Below, piece after piece: positions 15,816 to 25,160 of a DNA stretch of 34,130 nt. The stretch's first letter is position 1. Every line of letters begins with the position of its first letter. The notes beneath the pieces were generated by a model. The model made no database searches. It was not told the DNA's origin and worked only from the letters and a program-made list of their open reading frames with translations. Source of the stretch: a virus (Duplodnaviria; Caudoviricetes); the IMG/VR virus record IMGVR_UViG_3300033067_001453, positions 1-34,130 of that record; one strand, written 5' to 3'. The translations under genes and the position numbers were made by a program.

Positions 15816-18422
15816 ATGCCCGCAGCCAAATATTTTACAGGCCAGTCCGTCACCACATGGGTGTCCTCATGCCCGGCCACCACCTTCCGCGAGCTGGTCG
15901 AGACCTGCATCCACACCCCCATCCCCCTGGCGCTCACGCAGGACGGGTTCATGGCGATGCCCAAGGCTGCCCGTGACAAGTACAAGCGGGACAAGCTGAC
16001 CCTGCTCACCCCGGCTGCCTTCAAGGCGGACAACGTGCCCCGCAAGACCGAGAACGCCACGGTCTGCAACCTGATCTTCCTCGACATTGACGAGGACAAG
16101 AAGACCGGCCTGTGCCCTGCCGCCCCGTTCGTCAAGAACCCGCAGATCCTGAGAGACCAGCTCGCCCCGCTGGCCTTCGTGGCCTACCACACGATCAGCA
16201 GCACCCCTGAGAAGCCGCGCATCCGCATCATGGTCTCGGCTGATGCCATCCCGTTGTCATTGTACCCGGCAGCCGTGGCCACCATCGCCCAGCGCATTGG
16301 CCTCACCATCATCACCCCCGAGTCAGAGGTGGCCGTGCAGCCCATGTTCCTGCCGGTGCTGTTCGCCGGTCAGCACATTGACGAGCACCCGACCTTCTGC
16401 GGTGAACTCATCGGTGAGGCCCTGCAACCCCGGCAGGTGCATGATGTGGAGATGGACGAGATCATGGGCGTGGAGCCCAAGGGATATTCCAGCGACAAGG
16501 CCTACAACAGTGAAGACCCGCTGGCCTTTCTCCGCCCTCCGGTCCCTGAGATCACCTTGGAGATTGCCAAGGAAGCTCTCTCCCATGTGGACCCGGACAT
16601 CGAGATGAAGCCGTGGATCGCGATGGCATCAGCCCTCAAGCACCAGTTCTCCCACAAGCACGCGGCTGAAGCATTCGAGATCTTTGATGAGTGGTCGGCC
16701 AAGGGCATCAAGAAATACCTCGGGCGCGATGACACACTGACCAAGTGGAACTGCATCCAGCCCACACCAGTTGGCCGGGTGCCCGTCACCATCCGCTCGC
16801 TGATCCATGCCGCCGTGGATGGTGGCTACAACGCAGCCCCGGTGAAGGAGGTTTCGTTCAACTCGGTGCTCAACTGGATACGGGAGGAAGGACGGACCAA
16901 GACCGACCTCACCACCGTGGCCCTTCAGAAGATCATGGCAGCCGTCATGCTCTCGGACACAGAGGAAGGGGTGTTGCTCAATGCCGTCATCCGGCAGGCC
17001 AAGAAGCTCGGCATTGACGCCAGCATCGGGGATCTGCGCAAAGATCTCAAGAAGCTCAAGGCCAAGGCGGCTCAGAAGGATGAGAGCCAGGACAGCAAGG
17101 AGATGCCCGGATGGCTCAAGGGCTGGTGTTATGTCACCTCCCGCAATGAGTTTTTCCAACACCGCACCACCCGGCGCATGGACTGTGATGCGTTCAACAA
17201 CGCCTTTGGCCGCAAGCTCCTTCCCGACCCGGCCACAGCAGGGGAGGACGCGGACCCGGCAGTGTTGTCCAAGCCGATCATCAGGCCCCAAGACTTCGCC
17301 CTCAACCTGCACAAGATCCAATGTGTGGACGGCTACCGTTACACACCCTCGGAGCCGGGGAAGATCTACACCAAGAAGGAAGGGCTGTGGTACGTCAACA
17401 CCTACCGGGCCAACTTCCCCACCCCGACTAAAGAGTATGCTGACGAGGCCAAGGCTCTGATTGATAAACACCTTGAAGTGCTCATCGCCAACCCGCAATA
17501 TCGGTCAGTGCTGTGGGACTGGATGGCCTTCAATGTGCAGTTCCCCGGCGTGAAGGCCCGTTGGGCTGTGCTGTTCCAAGGTGGCGCTGGTTGTGGCAAA
17601 ACATTCTTCTTCAAACTGATGCTGGCGGTTCTCGGTCAGGGCCACGCCAAACTGGTCAATAAAGCCTCCATCTCGGGAAACTGGAACGAGTGGGCCACGG
17701 GAGCCCAGTTGGTCGGCATCGAAGAAATCCGTGTGACGGGCGAGAACCGTTACGAGATCATGAACAAGCTCAAGGAGCTGATCACCAATGATGACATCCC
17801 GGTCAACCAGCGCAACAAGGACACGCGCACCGAGGAGAACATCACCAACTACATCGCGTTCTCGAACCACCACGATGCACTTGCCTTGGCTCACGATGAC
17901 CGGCGCTACTTTGTGCTGAAGGCCATCCTGCAAGAGGAAGAAGAGATCAAGGCCCTGTCCGAGACCGGTTATTTCACCGCCCTCTTTGACCTGCTCAAGG
18001 AACGTGCTGGTGCCCTGCGCTATGTGTTTGAAAATTACCCCATCAGCAGTGACTTCGACGCCAACGGGCGTGCGCCCTACACCATCTTCCGTGACCAGGT
18101 CATTGAGGACACCAGTGATGAGGTCACAACGCTGATCCGCCGCCTGATTGAAGAGGGCGAGCATGTGCAGGTCAACAGCGACTTCATCGTGGCCAAGGAT
18201 CTCAGCGCCATCTTCGACCTTGAGGGTGCCCAAGGGTGCAGCGACCACCAGCTTGCCCAGCGTCTGCGCAACCTCGGGTACCACTCTGGCAAACGCTCCA
18301 TGCTTGACGGCAAGAAACAGACCATCTGGGTCCGCAATGGACGGCTCAAGGACGTAACCGACCTCGGCGCTTATGTCAGGCAGAAGATGGAGGACCAGAA
18401 AAAAATCGCAGACATCTGGTGA
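15816..18422 (+). CDS. DNA primase-helicase (prim-pol N-terminus, PriCT-2, SF3-type NTPase); ends KKIADIW
   Basis: FLDID and YHTISS...PRIRI primase motifs; FDEWS...KY...KW PriCT-2; Walker A GGAGCGKT; Walker B IEE; FSN sensor. Confidence 0.9.
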   Translation: MPAAKYFTGQSVTTWVSSCPATTFRELVETCIHTPIPLALTQDGFMAMPKAARDKYKRDKLTLLTPAAFKADNVPRKTENATVCNLIFLDIDEDKKTGLCPAAPFVKNPQILRDQLAPLAFVAYHTISSTPEKPRIRIMVSADAIPLSLYPAAVATIAQRIGLTIITPESEVAVQPMFLPVLFAGQHIDEHPTFCGELIGEALQPRQVHDVEMDEIMGVEPKGYSSDKAYNSEDPLAFLRPPVPEITLEIAKEALSHVDPDIEMKPWIAMASALKHQFSHKHAAEAFEIFDEWSAKGIKKYLGRDDTLTKWNCIQPTPVGRVPVTIRSLIHAAVDGGYNAAPVKEVSFNSVLNWIREEGRTKTDLTTVALQKIMAAVMLSDTEEGVLLNAVIRQAKKLGIDASIGDLRKDLKKLKAKAAQKDESQDSKEMPGWLKGWCYVTSRNEFFQHRTTRRMDCDAFNNAFGRKLLPDPATAGEDADPAVLSKPIIRPQDFALNLHKIQCVDGYRYTPSEPGKIYTKKEGLWYVNTYRANFPTPTKEYADEAKALIDKHLEVLIANPQYRSVLWDWMAFNVQFPGVKARWAVLFQGGAGCGKTFFFKLMLAVLGQGHAKLVNKASISGNWNEWATGAQLVGIEEIRVTGENRYEIMNKLKELITNDDIPVNQRNKDTRTEENITNYIAFSNHHDALALAHDDRRYFVLKAILQEEEEIKALSETGYFTALFDLLKERAGALRYVFENYPISSDFDANGRAPYTIFRDQVIEDTSDEVTTLIRRLIEEGEHVQVNSDFIVAKDLSAIFDLEGAQGCSDHQLAQRLRNLGYHSGKRSMLDGKKQTIWVRNGRLKDVTDLGAYVRQKMEDQKKIADIW

Positions 18423-18446
18423 ATAGTTCTTGCACGATACACTTTC

Positions 18447-18455
18447 TGTTATAAT
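18447..18455 (+). promoter_or_regulatory. Extended -10 promoter
   Basis: TGTTATAAT in the intergenic gap ahead of the replication operon. Confidence 0.6.
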
Positions 18456-18515
18456 CTCAGATCACACTTTCCGCCCCAGTCGGCGGAGCAACCCAAAACA
18501 AACACAACAAGTCCG

Positions 18516-18890
18516 ATGAAAATCGAAATCACCATCACTCCCGAGTCCGCCAATATTCTCGCCGCCGCCATCGTCTCGGCCATGGGTGGCGCTGCCCCGG
18601 CTGCCGCCATCACCGAAACTTCCACAGTCGGTCAGACCAAGGAAACCGCCAGCAAGCCAGCCAAGGCTGCCAAAGCCGAGAAGCCCGCGGCCCCGGCTGT
18701 CACGCTGGAAGACCTCCGCGCCGTGGCCACCGAGTGCGTGAACGCTGGCAAGAAGGACAAGCTCGTCGAGATCAACAAGAGCTTCGGTGCCACCGGCCTC
18801 TCCAAGATCGAGCCCGACAAGTACCCTGAAGTGCTGAAGGCCCTCAAGGCGCTGGCTGCCGAGGCCCCGGAAGAAGACCCTTGCGCGTAA
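18516..18890 (+). CDS. Ala/Lys-rich protein typical upstream of DUF2800
   Basis: VTLEDLRA...GK...FGATGLSKIEPDKY pattern and position. Confidence 0.75.
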   Translation: MKIEITITPESANILAAAIVSAMGGAAPAAAITETSTVGQTKETASKPAKAAKAEKPAAPAVTLEDLRAVATECVNAGKKDKLVEINKSFGATGLSKIEPDKYPEVLKALKALAAEAPEEDPCA

Positions 18891-19133
18891 AGCCGTGAGA
18901 ATTTTGGAAAATGAAGAGCAGCACGCCAACCGACAAAACTTGGTGTTCAAACGAGCCGAGCGTTCTTTTCCAAATCGCAGGAGGGGACTGTATTCCCCAT
19001 ACCGAGTTGAGAGATTGGTCAAGCTCCCGACTGCTAACAGCACCTGCAAGTGTGGATCACTGATAGCACATAAAAGCCCAAAGACTGAGCAACCTGTTGA
19101 CAATGTGGTGGCTCATTAATTTTTAAAAGTGCA

Positions 19134-20363
19134 ATGAAACCGTCCCCCCGTCCGCCAGTTATCTCGCTTTCGCCGTCCGCCGCGTCCCGCTGGCTGACCT
19201 GCACTGCCAGCCCACGGTTCATCGCTGAGAACGCCGACAAGATCGGCAGCACGGACACCGTGTGGAACGTGGAGGGCGACATGGCCCATGCCGTGGCCAA
19301 CGCAGTGCTGCTCGGCCAGCCGCTGCCCACCGAGTCCAGGGGCAAGAAGATTCCGAAGGACAAACTGCCTGAGATGGTGAAGCACGCCAGGGGGTTCAAG
19401 GCGTTCGTGGATGTGCCGGGACTGATTGACCTGCATTCTGAATTGAAGATCTCACTTTGGTACATGCCCAACCGCAATGGTTATGTGGATGCTGCCAGCC
19501 GTGGCAACGATTATGTCCGCATCACTGATCTCAAGTATGGTCAGGGTGTTGCCGTCACCGCTGAAGAAAATGAACAGATGGCCATTTATGCCCGCTCATG
19601 GGTGGAGCAAGAATGGGATGACCAGCACAACCTCACCGAGGACACCGTGTTCGAGCTTGCCATCTACCAACCACGCATCCGTGAAGGCGAGAAGATCTCC
19701 ATCTGGCGGCTCACATGGGCCGAGCTGAAGGAGTTCACCGACAACATCGAGCGCATCGCCAAGAAGATCATTGCAGGCATTGACGAGACCTTCCGCCCGT
19801 CACCCGAGGCTTGCCGGTTCTGCCCGATGAAGAAGCCTGCCAAAGGCCCACCATGTGCCGCCTACACCGAGTGGACTGGGGCTGACAGGGCCATTGTCAT
19901 CAGCGACGTGAACCCGAACGAGGTGATGACCGATCTGCGTCAGTTCGACGAGCGCACCCTCCGGCTCATCGCCGCCAACCGGAACAAAATAAAGACGTTC
20001 GTCGATGATGTGTACAAGGCGTTCTACGGTGAGGCCGTCAACGGCAAGATCCCCGAGGGGTTCAAGCTTGTCCGTGGCAAGGGGTCACGGTCATGGGAAG
20101 ATCCCCAGAAGGCAGCCGAGTTCCTTGAGGTCATGTTCGGTGATGAAGCCCAGACGGAGCCCAAGCTCAAGACACCGAAGGCCATTGAGGACATGATGAA
20201 GGCCCACGGCATGAAGCCAGGCGGACTGATGCCCTACATCAGGAAGTTCGAGGGCGGCGTGCTGCTGGTGCCCAACGATGACCCGCGTGAGTCGATCAAT
20301 ATCAACCCGGCTGACGTGTTTCAGAATTTGGACGTGGATTCACTGCCCGCGTCTGAGGAATAG
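19134..20363 (+). CDS. DUF2800 PD-(D/E)XK (Cas4-like) exonuclease
   Basis: LSPSAASRWLTC, EGDMAH, GYVD, DLKYGQG, QMAIYA, CRFC. Confidence 0.9.
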   Translation: MKPSPRPPVISLSPSAASRWLTCTASPRFIAENADKIGSTDTVWNVEGDMAHAVANAVLLGQPLPTESRGKKIPKDKLPEMVKHARGFKAFVDVPGLIDLHSELKISLWYMPNRNGYVDAASRGNDYVRITDLKYGQGVAVTAEENEQMAIYARSWVEQEWDDQHNLTEDTVFELAIYQPRIREGEKISIWRLTWAELKEFTDNIERIAKKIIAGIDETFRPSPEACRFCPMKKPAKGPPCAAYTEWTGADRAIVISDVNPNEVMTDLRQFDERTLRLIAANRNKIKTFVDDVYKAFYGEAVNGKIPEGFKLVRGKGSRSWEDPQKAAEFLEVMFGDEAQTEPKLKTPKAIEDMMKAHGMKPGGLMPYIRKFEGGVLLVPNDDPRESININPADVFQNLDVDSLPASEE

Positions 20364-20383
20364 GAAATAGTGAAACAACAAAT

Positions 20384-20584
20384 ATGAATACAGACACAGG
20401 CCAAATTCTCCCTTGGGATGATGTGCCTCCTGAACAGGTGGACAAGTTCATCCCGGTTTCCCGTGACCTCACCAAAAATGAGGAATTGGAAAAACAGATC
20501 AAGCTCTATGCCCCTTGTGTTTGCGGGAGCGGAAAGAAGTTCAAATTTTGCTGTAAAACAACACCAACAAAAACGAAGCCATGA
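20384..20584 (+). CDS. SEC-C metal-binding motif protein
   Basis: PCVCGSGKKFKFCC. Confidence 0.8.
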   Translation: MNTDTGQILPWDDVPPEQVDKFIPVSRDLTKNEELEKQIKLYAPCVCGSGKKFKFCCKTTPTKTKP

Positions 20585-20877
20585 CCAAAGAACACGCCAT
20601 CATCACTGCCAAACAATTCCGTAAAGATGCGGACGAACTCCTTCAGCGCATGAAGGAACACAAAACAGATCTGCTGAAACATGCACAAGTCCCGCTGGGG
20701 TTTGATGACCAGAGTGAAGCGATTGCTCAACACATCCTTTCCATCCGTGATCTGGAAAGCTGCATCATGCGTCAAGGCATGGCGTTGAAGTATGTGGGCA
20801 ACCCCAACCCATACCCTAGCTCCAAAGACCCCAGCAGCACTGTTGTCGAGCCGACATCAGATGGTCTGAAAATGTAA
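20581..20877 (+). CDS. Hypothetical protein, possibly Acb2/Tad1-like helical hairpin
   Basis: KQFRKDADELLQ...LSIRDLESCIMRQGMALK...PNPYPSSKDP. Confidence 0.5.
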   Translation: MTKEHAIITAKQFRKDADELLQRMKEHKTDLLKHAQVPLGFDDQSEAIAQHILSIRDLESCIMRQGMALKYVGNPNPYPSSKDPSSTVVEPTSDGLKM

Positions 20878-20899
20878 TTCTTTTCAACCCCAACACATC

Positions 20900-21124
20900 A
20901 TGCACATCCCAGGCAAACTCGAAGCTTCCAAACGCACACCCAGCACACGGTTTTTCAAACAACACCGAGTCCTGACTCGTGAACAAATGGTTTCCCCACA
21001 AGTTCAACGTGTTGCCAAGATTTTTGGTGACAAACACCGCATCAGCACATGGCAGAAGTGCTGCGAACAGGCCAACAAGATTGCGCGGAAACGCGCACTG
21101 GGACAGCTCGGCATTGCCGTCTAA
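20900..21124 (+). CDS. Basic hypothetical protein
   Basis: A/C-rich leader; fills gap. Confidence 0.55.
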   Translation: MHIPGKLEASKRTPSTRFFKQHRVLTREQMVSPQVQRVAKIFGDKHRISTWQKCCEQANKIARKRALGQLGIAV

Positions 21125-21160
21125 CCCATTTTCAACCCCACACCCAAAACACACAACACC

Positions 21161-21805
21161 ATGGCTAATACATCAGGCAAAAAAGAAATCGCAGGCATTC
21201 TCATCGAGAATGGCCGTCTCAGCTTCGACGACCTCTACGAGCCCACGGCCTCCGTGGAAGGCGGGCGTCTCAAGTACCGCTGCAACATCATCATTGACCC
21301 TACCACCGACACCGGCAAACGCAACATCAAGAAGATCGAGAACCTGATCAGGCAGGTCGAGCTGGAAAAGTTCAAGAAGTCCCCGGCCACATACAAGACC
21401 GATGACCGCAAATGCTTCGTGGACGGTGACTCCTGCCTCAACCAAAAGACCAACGAGGTCTATGACGGCTACGCGGGCATGGCCATTCTCAAGGCTGCCA
21501 ATGACAAGCGCCCGTCCGTCGTGGACCGTGACCTCACTCCGCTCACCGCCGAGGACAACAAGACCTACGCCGGGTGCTACTGCAACTTCTTCATCCGCAT
21601 CTATGCAGTCTCGGGTGCAGACAAGGGCGGCAACGGTCTCTTCGCCAGCCTCGAAACCGTGCAGTTTGTCAAGGATGGCGAACCTTTCGGCGGTGCTCCG
21701 GTTGATCCGAAGTCAGTGTTCAAGAACCTGGAGAAGGACGGCGACTCGGACGACGAGGCCGGGGACGACGAGGCCGGGGACGACGATCTTGACGGCGTGA
21801 TGTAA
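21161..21805 (+). CDS. Single-stranded DNA-binding protein (DUF2815, gp2.5-like); acidic tail ends DDLDGVM
   Basis: RLSF..L, DGD, YAGCY, L..VQFVKDGEPFGG, acidic C-terminus. Confidence 0.9.
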   Translation: MANTSGKKEIAGILIENGRLSFDDLYEPTASVEGGRLKYRCNIIIDPTTDTGKRNIKKIENLIRQVELEKFKKSPATYKTDDRKCFVDGDSCLNQKTNEVYDGYAGMAILKAANDKRPSVVDRDLTPLTAEDNKTYAGCYCNFFIRIYAVSGADKGGNGLFASLETVQFVKDGEPFGGAPVDPKSVFKNLEKDGDSDDEAGDDEAGDDDLDGVM

Positions 21806-21818
21806 CCCCCAAACACCT

Positions 21819-21938
21819 TGCCCGTGCTGTTCTTGGAGACGTTTGATGGTGAACTCTGAAAACGTCGAACACCGGTCTGTCTGGGCACAGACTCAAGGCC
21901 GGATTACAAGATCAGCACGGGCATTCTTTTTTTTTTTT
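21819..21938 (+). other. Branched stem-loop followed by T12; terminator and/or ncRNA
   Basis: TGCCCGTGCTG-TCTTG pairs with CAAGA-CAGCACGGGCA; two inner hairpins; T run 21927-21938. Confidence 0.6.
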
Positions 21939-21941
21939 ACT

Positions 21942-22218
21942 ATGAAACCTACCCCTTATTTCGTTTTTGATGTTGAATCTGTTGGCCTCCATGGCGGGGC
22001 TTTTGCTGTGTGCTTGTATTGACGACGATCGTGTTTCGAGAAAATGGGAAGGTCCATATCCTTTTGTCGAGATCTCCAGCATCATGATGGCTGCGGGCAT
22101 GGACCCGATGATGGATTACGAGCGAACCCCTTCCGAGATGCCAAAGCACAACCCATACACGGACTCCGTTCAATCGGCTCGTCTGCTGTTTGAAGCTCTT
22201 AGCAAACTGGCATTTTGA
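21942..22218 (+). pseudogene. Internally deleted, frameshifted DEDDh 3'-5' exonuclease
   Basis: 21942-22022 reads MKPTPYFVFDVESVGLHG (ExoI); another frame ends ...PKHNPYTDSVQSARLL (ExoIII). Confidence 0.6.
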
Positions 22219-22220
22219 AG

Positions 22221-24629
22221 ATGGCCCCCCCAACCACCAGCCCGAAGCGCCGTCGTGTCCACATGGACTACGAAACGTTCAGCGCAGCCCCCTTGGGCGG
22301 CAAGACAGGCGTGGGTGCTCACCGCTATGCGCGTGACCCGAGCACGGAGATCCTGCTCATCGGTCTGGCTGTGGGTGATGACCGCCCCGTGGTGTGGGTC
22401 AATCCAGAGATCTGCGAGAACCCCAATCCCGAGGATCAAGAGATTGCCGAGGGCATCCTTGCTGGTCTCTGTGATCCCAATGTCGTCATTTTCGCTCACA
22501 ACGCTCCATTTGAGGTTGCCATCACCCGTGCTCTTTTTGCCAAGGCTACGGATTATCCTTCACCCCAACCACACCAGTTCCGCTGCACACAGGCGATGGC
22601 CCGGCGTGCCGGGCTGCCACCAGCCCTTGAGGACGTTGGCAGCATCCTCGGTCTGCGGGCTCAGAAGGACAAGGCCGGTCACGATCTCATCAAGAAGTTC
22701 TGTGTTCCCCAGAAGAACAAACAGAAGCCGACCACCAACGCCAAGCTGCTGGCCAAGAGGGCTGAGAGCCCGTTCCGCGAGCGCATCCTGCCCACCGACT
22801 CCGAGGCTGACATGGCCGACTTCAAACGGTTCATCGAGTATTGCCGTCAGGACGTGGAGGTGGAGCGCCAGGCCGCGCGCACGTTGAAGTACTTTGCCCT
22901 GAGCGGTGACGCTCTGGCCACGTTCCAGCTCGATCTCACCATCAACGAGCGCGGGTTCCCGGTGAACCTGACAGCCATCAACAACGCGGTCAAGATCATT
23001 GAGGAGACCGAGGCCAAGACCGGAGCCGAGTTCTTCGCACTCACGGGACTCAAGCACACCCAGCGGGAAAAGATACTCACTTGGTTGCAGCAACGCGGCT
23101 GGCAGGGCAAGGATCTCAAAGCGGAGACCGTGGACGCGCACCTCGATAGTGCCGAGGGTGCCGGTAGCTCGGAGTCGGACGAAGATGATGAGGACAGCCA
23201 GGAGGCCGAGTTCGGTGAAGACGACGGTACCGACATCAGCCGGGCGCTCATGTTGCGCAAACGGCTTACCTACGCTGCTGTCAAGAAGGTGAAGGCCATC
23301 CTCGCCATGGTCGGGCCTGATGACAACCGGGTCCGTGGCACACTCATCCTGTGGGGTGCCGGGCCGGGCCGCTGGGCCGGGTTCAAGGTGCAACCCCAGA
23401 ACATGAAGCGCCCGTCCACCCGGCTGGTGCGTGACATGCCGTGGAAAGCCATGGGGTTCAAGTCCGAGGGCAAAGCCTTGAGCTGGCTCACCCAAGCCGC
23501 GTATCGGGACATTCTGGCCGGACGTGATGCCGACTGGCTGGAGATGGTCTATGGTCCACCCCTTGAAGTGGTCAGCTCGTGCATCCGTCATTTCATCCAC
23601 GACTATCAGGTGTGTCCGCATTGCGGTGGCACGGGCAAGCCCCCGGAGAAGTGGTACAAGCGCAGCGAGCCGTGCTCGAAGTGCGCCAGCATGAAATACC
23701 TTGAGAACTACATGCTCTCCGCCGATTTCGCCGCCATTGAGGCCCGTGGTGTGGCATGGCTGGCCGGTCAGGAAGACGCGCTCGAAGAGTACCGCCAGGG
23801 CATTGACCGTTACAAGAAGATGGCCAGCAGGATCTACGGCGTGCCCTATGAAGAGGTGCAGGAGTTCCCCCAGCGTTTCGTGGGCAAGCAGGCCGTGCTG
23901 CTACTGGGATACCAAGGCGGTGGCCCCAAGTTCCGGCAGACCTGTGAGAAGTATGGCTATTTCGACCTGCCCGAGGGCTTCGAGGATGAGGTCGTCAAGA
24001 TCTACCGTGAGTCGCACCCCGAGATTGTGAAGCTCTGGCGCAAGATGGACCAGTGCTCACGGGCTGCCGTGTTGAGCCCTGGCAAGGTGATCGAGGTCAA
24101 CGACAAGCTCTCGTTCCGGGTCATGGAGATTGCCAATGGCACGAGCTTCCTGCTGCTCCGGCTGCCGAGTGGCCGGGAGATCAGCTATCCGATGCCCGAG
24201 CTGGTCAAGTGCCTGAGCTACACGCACAAGGGCAAGCGGGTGCAGATCTTTGAACCGCAGCCCGAGGACATCCAGAAAGCCATCGAGCGCGTGGGTGAGA
24301 AAAAGTATTTCCTGAAGGATGTTGTCACTTATTATGGCAAGACCGGGAAAGATGGCACGAAGGCTTGGGGTAGGGTTCCTACCTACGGAGCAAAACTAGT
24401 CGAGAATGCCACCCAAGGATTAGCCGCCGACTTTATGGTCAATGGCGCTCTCAACTGCGAAAAGGCCGGATACGAGATTGCCACCCTCATCCATGACGAA
24501 TCTCTCAATTACAAGAAGCCGGGACAGACACCGGAGGAACTTTGCAGGCTTCTCGCCAGCACACCAGAATGGGCAAAGGGCATGCCTCTGCTGGCCGAAG
24601 GAAAAACAGTGCCTTTTTACATGAAATGA
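22221..24629 (+). CDS. Family A DNA polymerase with 3'-5' exonuclease
   Basis: DYET, AHNAPFE, YCRQDV, QPQN, motif A ADFAAIEAR, motif B RFVGKQAVLLLGY, motif C IHDE. Confidence 0.95.
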   Translation: MAPPTTSPKRRRVHMDYETFSAAPLGGKTGVGAHRYARDPSTEILLIGLAVGDDRPVVWVNPEICENPNPEDQEIAEGILAGLCDPNVVIFAHNAPFEVAITRALFAKATDYPSPQPHQFRCTQAMARRAGLPPALEDVGSILGLRAQKDKAGHDLIKKFCVPQKNKQKPTTNAKLLAKRAESPFRERILPTDSEADMADFKRFIEYCRQDVEVERQAARTLKYFALSGDALATFQLDLTINERGFPVNLTAINNAVKIIEETEAKTGAEFFALTGLKHTQREKILTWLQQRGWQGKDLKAETVDAHLDSAEGAGSSESDEDDEDSQEAEFGEDDGTDISRALMLRKRLTYAAVKKVKAILAMVGPDDNRVRGTLILWGAGPGRWAGFKVQPQNMKRPSTRLVRDMPWKAMGFKSEGKALSWLTQAAYRDILAGRDADWLEMVYGPPLEVVSSCIRHFIHDYQVCPHCGGTGKPPEKWYKRSEPCSKCASMKYLENYMLSADFAAIEARGVAWLAGQEDALEEYRQGIDRYKKMASRIYGVPYEEVQEFPQRFVGKQAVLLLGYQGGGPKFRQTCEKYGYFDLPEGFEDEVVKIYRESHPEIVKLWRKMDQCSRAAVLSPGKVIEVNDKLSFRVMEIANGTSFLLLRLPSGREISYPMPELVKCLSYTHKGKRVQIFEPQPEDIQKAIERVGEKKYFLKDVVTYYGKTGKDGTKAWGRVPTYGAKLVENATQGLAADFMVNGALNCEKAGYEIATLIHDESLNYKKPGQTPEELCRLLASTPEWAKGMPLLAEGKTVPFYMK

Positions 24630-24832
24630 AAATTAACACTCAACATATTTGCCCACCTATTTCTGACCGTTCTTTTGACTGGCTGGCAACTGTGGAACAT
24701 CTGAATGAAGACAGCCCCAAAGGCTGGGGTAAAACTGAGGCCGAAGCCATCGCTGACCTCACAGAGCAGATTAAAGATGACTGTGACCACGAAGATTTCC
24801 GAGAAGATCTTGCTTGGCTGCAAACCATGTAA
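24626..24832 (+). CDS. Hypothetical protein
   Basis: PPISDRSFDW...GWGKTEAEAIADL; ATGA overlap. Confidence 0.7.
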   Translation: MKINTQHICPPISDRSFDWLATVEHLNEDSPKGWGKTEAEAIADLTEQIKDDCDHEDFREDLAWLQTM

Positions 24833-24839
24833 ACTGGTT

Positions 24840-25160
24840 ATGAAAAATGAACTTCCAAGCACCAATCTTTACGATTGGAAAACTGACAAAGTGTGTGAGA
24901 CCACCAAGGCTGTAGATGTCACCGCCGAACTGGGCATGCCTCTAGGAGATGATCATCTGTTGCTCCTTTACACCGAAGACCGGAACGGCGAAATTGTGCA
25001 AATGCGGCACGGGTGCTCATCACTACACTACCACACTGAAAGCATTGACCGAGAAGAGAACGCAGACAGCGCCCTTTCAAACATGGCCCATTGGTGTGGC
25101 ACCACGAAGAAAAAGCTGATTGAAATTTGCATCAAACATTCACCCACAATCAAACCATGA
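24840..25160 (+). CDS. Hypothetical protein
   Basis: Tight packing. Confidence 0.6.
   Translation: MKNELPSTNLYDWKTDKVCETTKAVDVTAELGMPLGDDHLLLLYTEDRNGEIVQMRHGCSSLHYHTESIDREENADSALSNMAHWCGTTKKKLIEICIKHSPTIKP

Noticed and set aside
16629-18284. Long minus-strand ORFs opposite the primase (likewise 22560-23621 opposite the polymerase)
   Set aside because: Antisense shadows of GC3-rich genes, with no motifs
19134-20363. Cas4-like nuclease as evidence of CRISPR-Cas
   Set aside because: It is the usual DUF2800 member of the nuclease-SSB-PolA module; no cas genes or array
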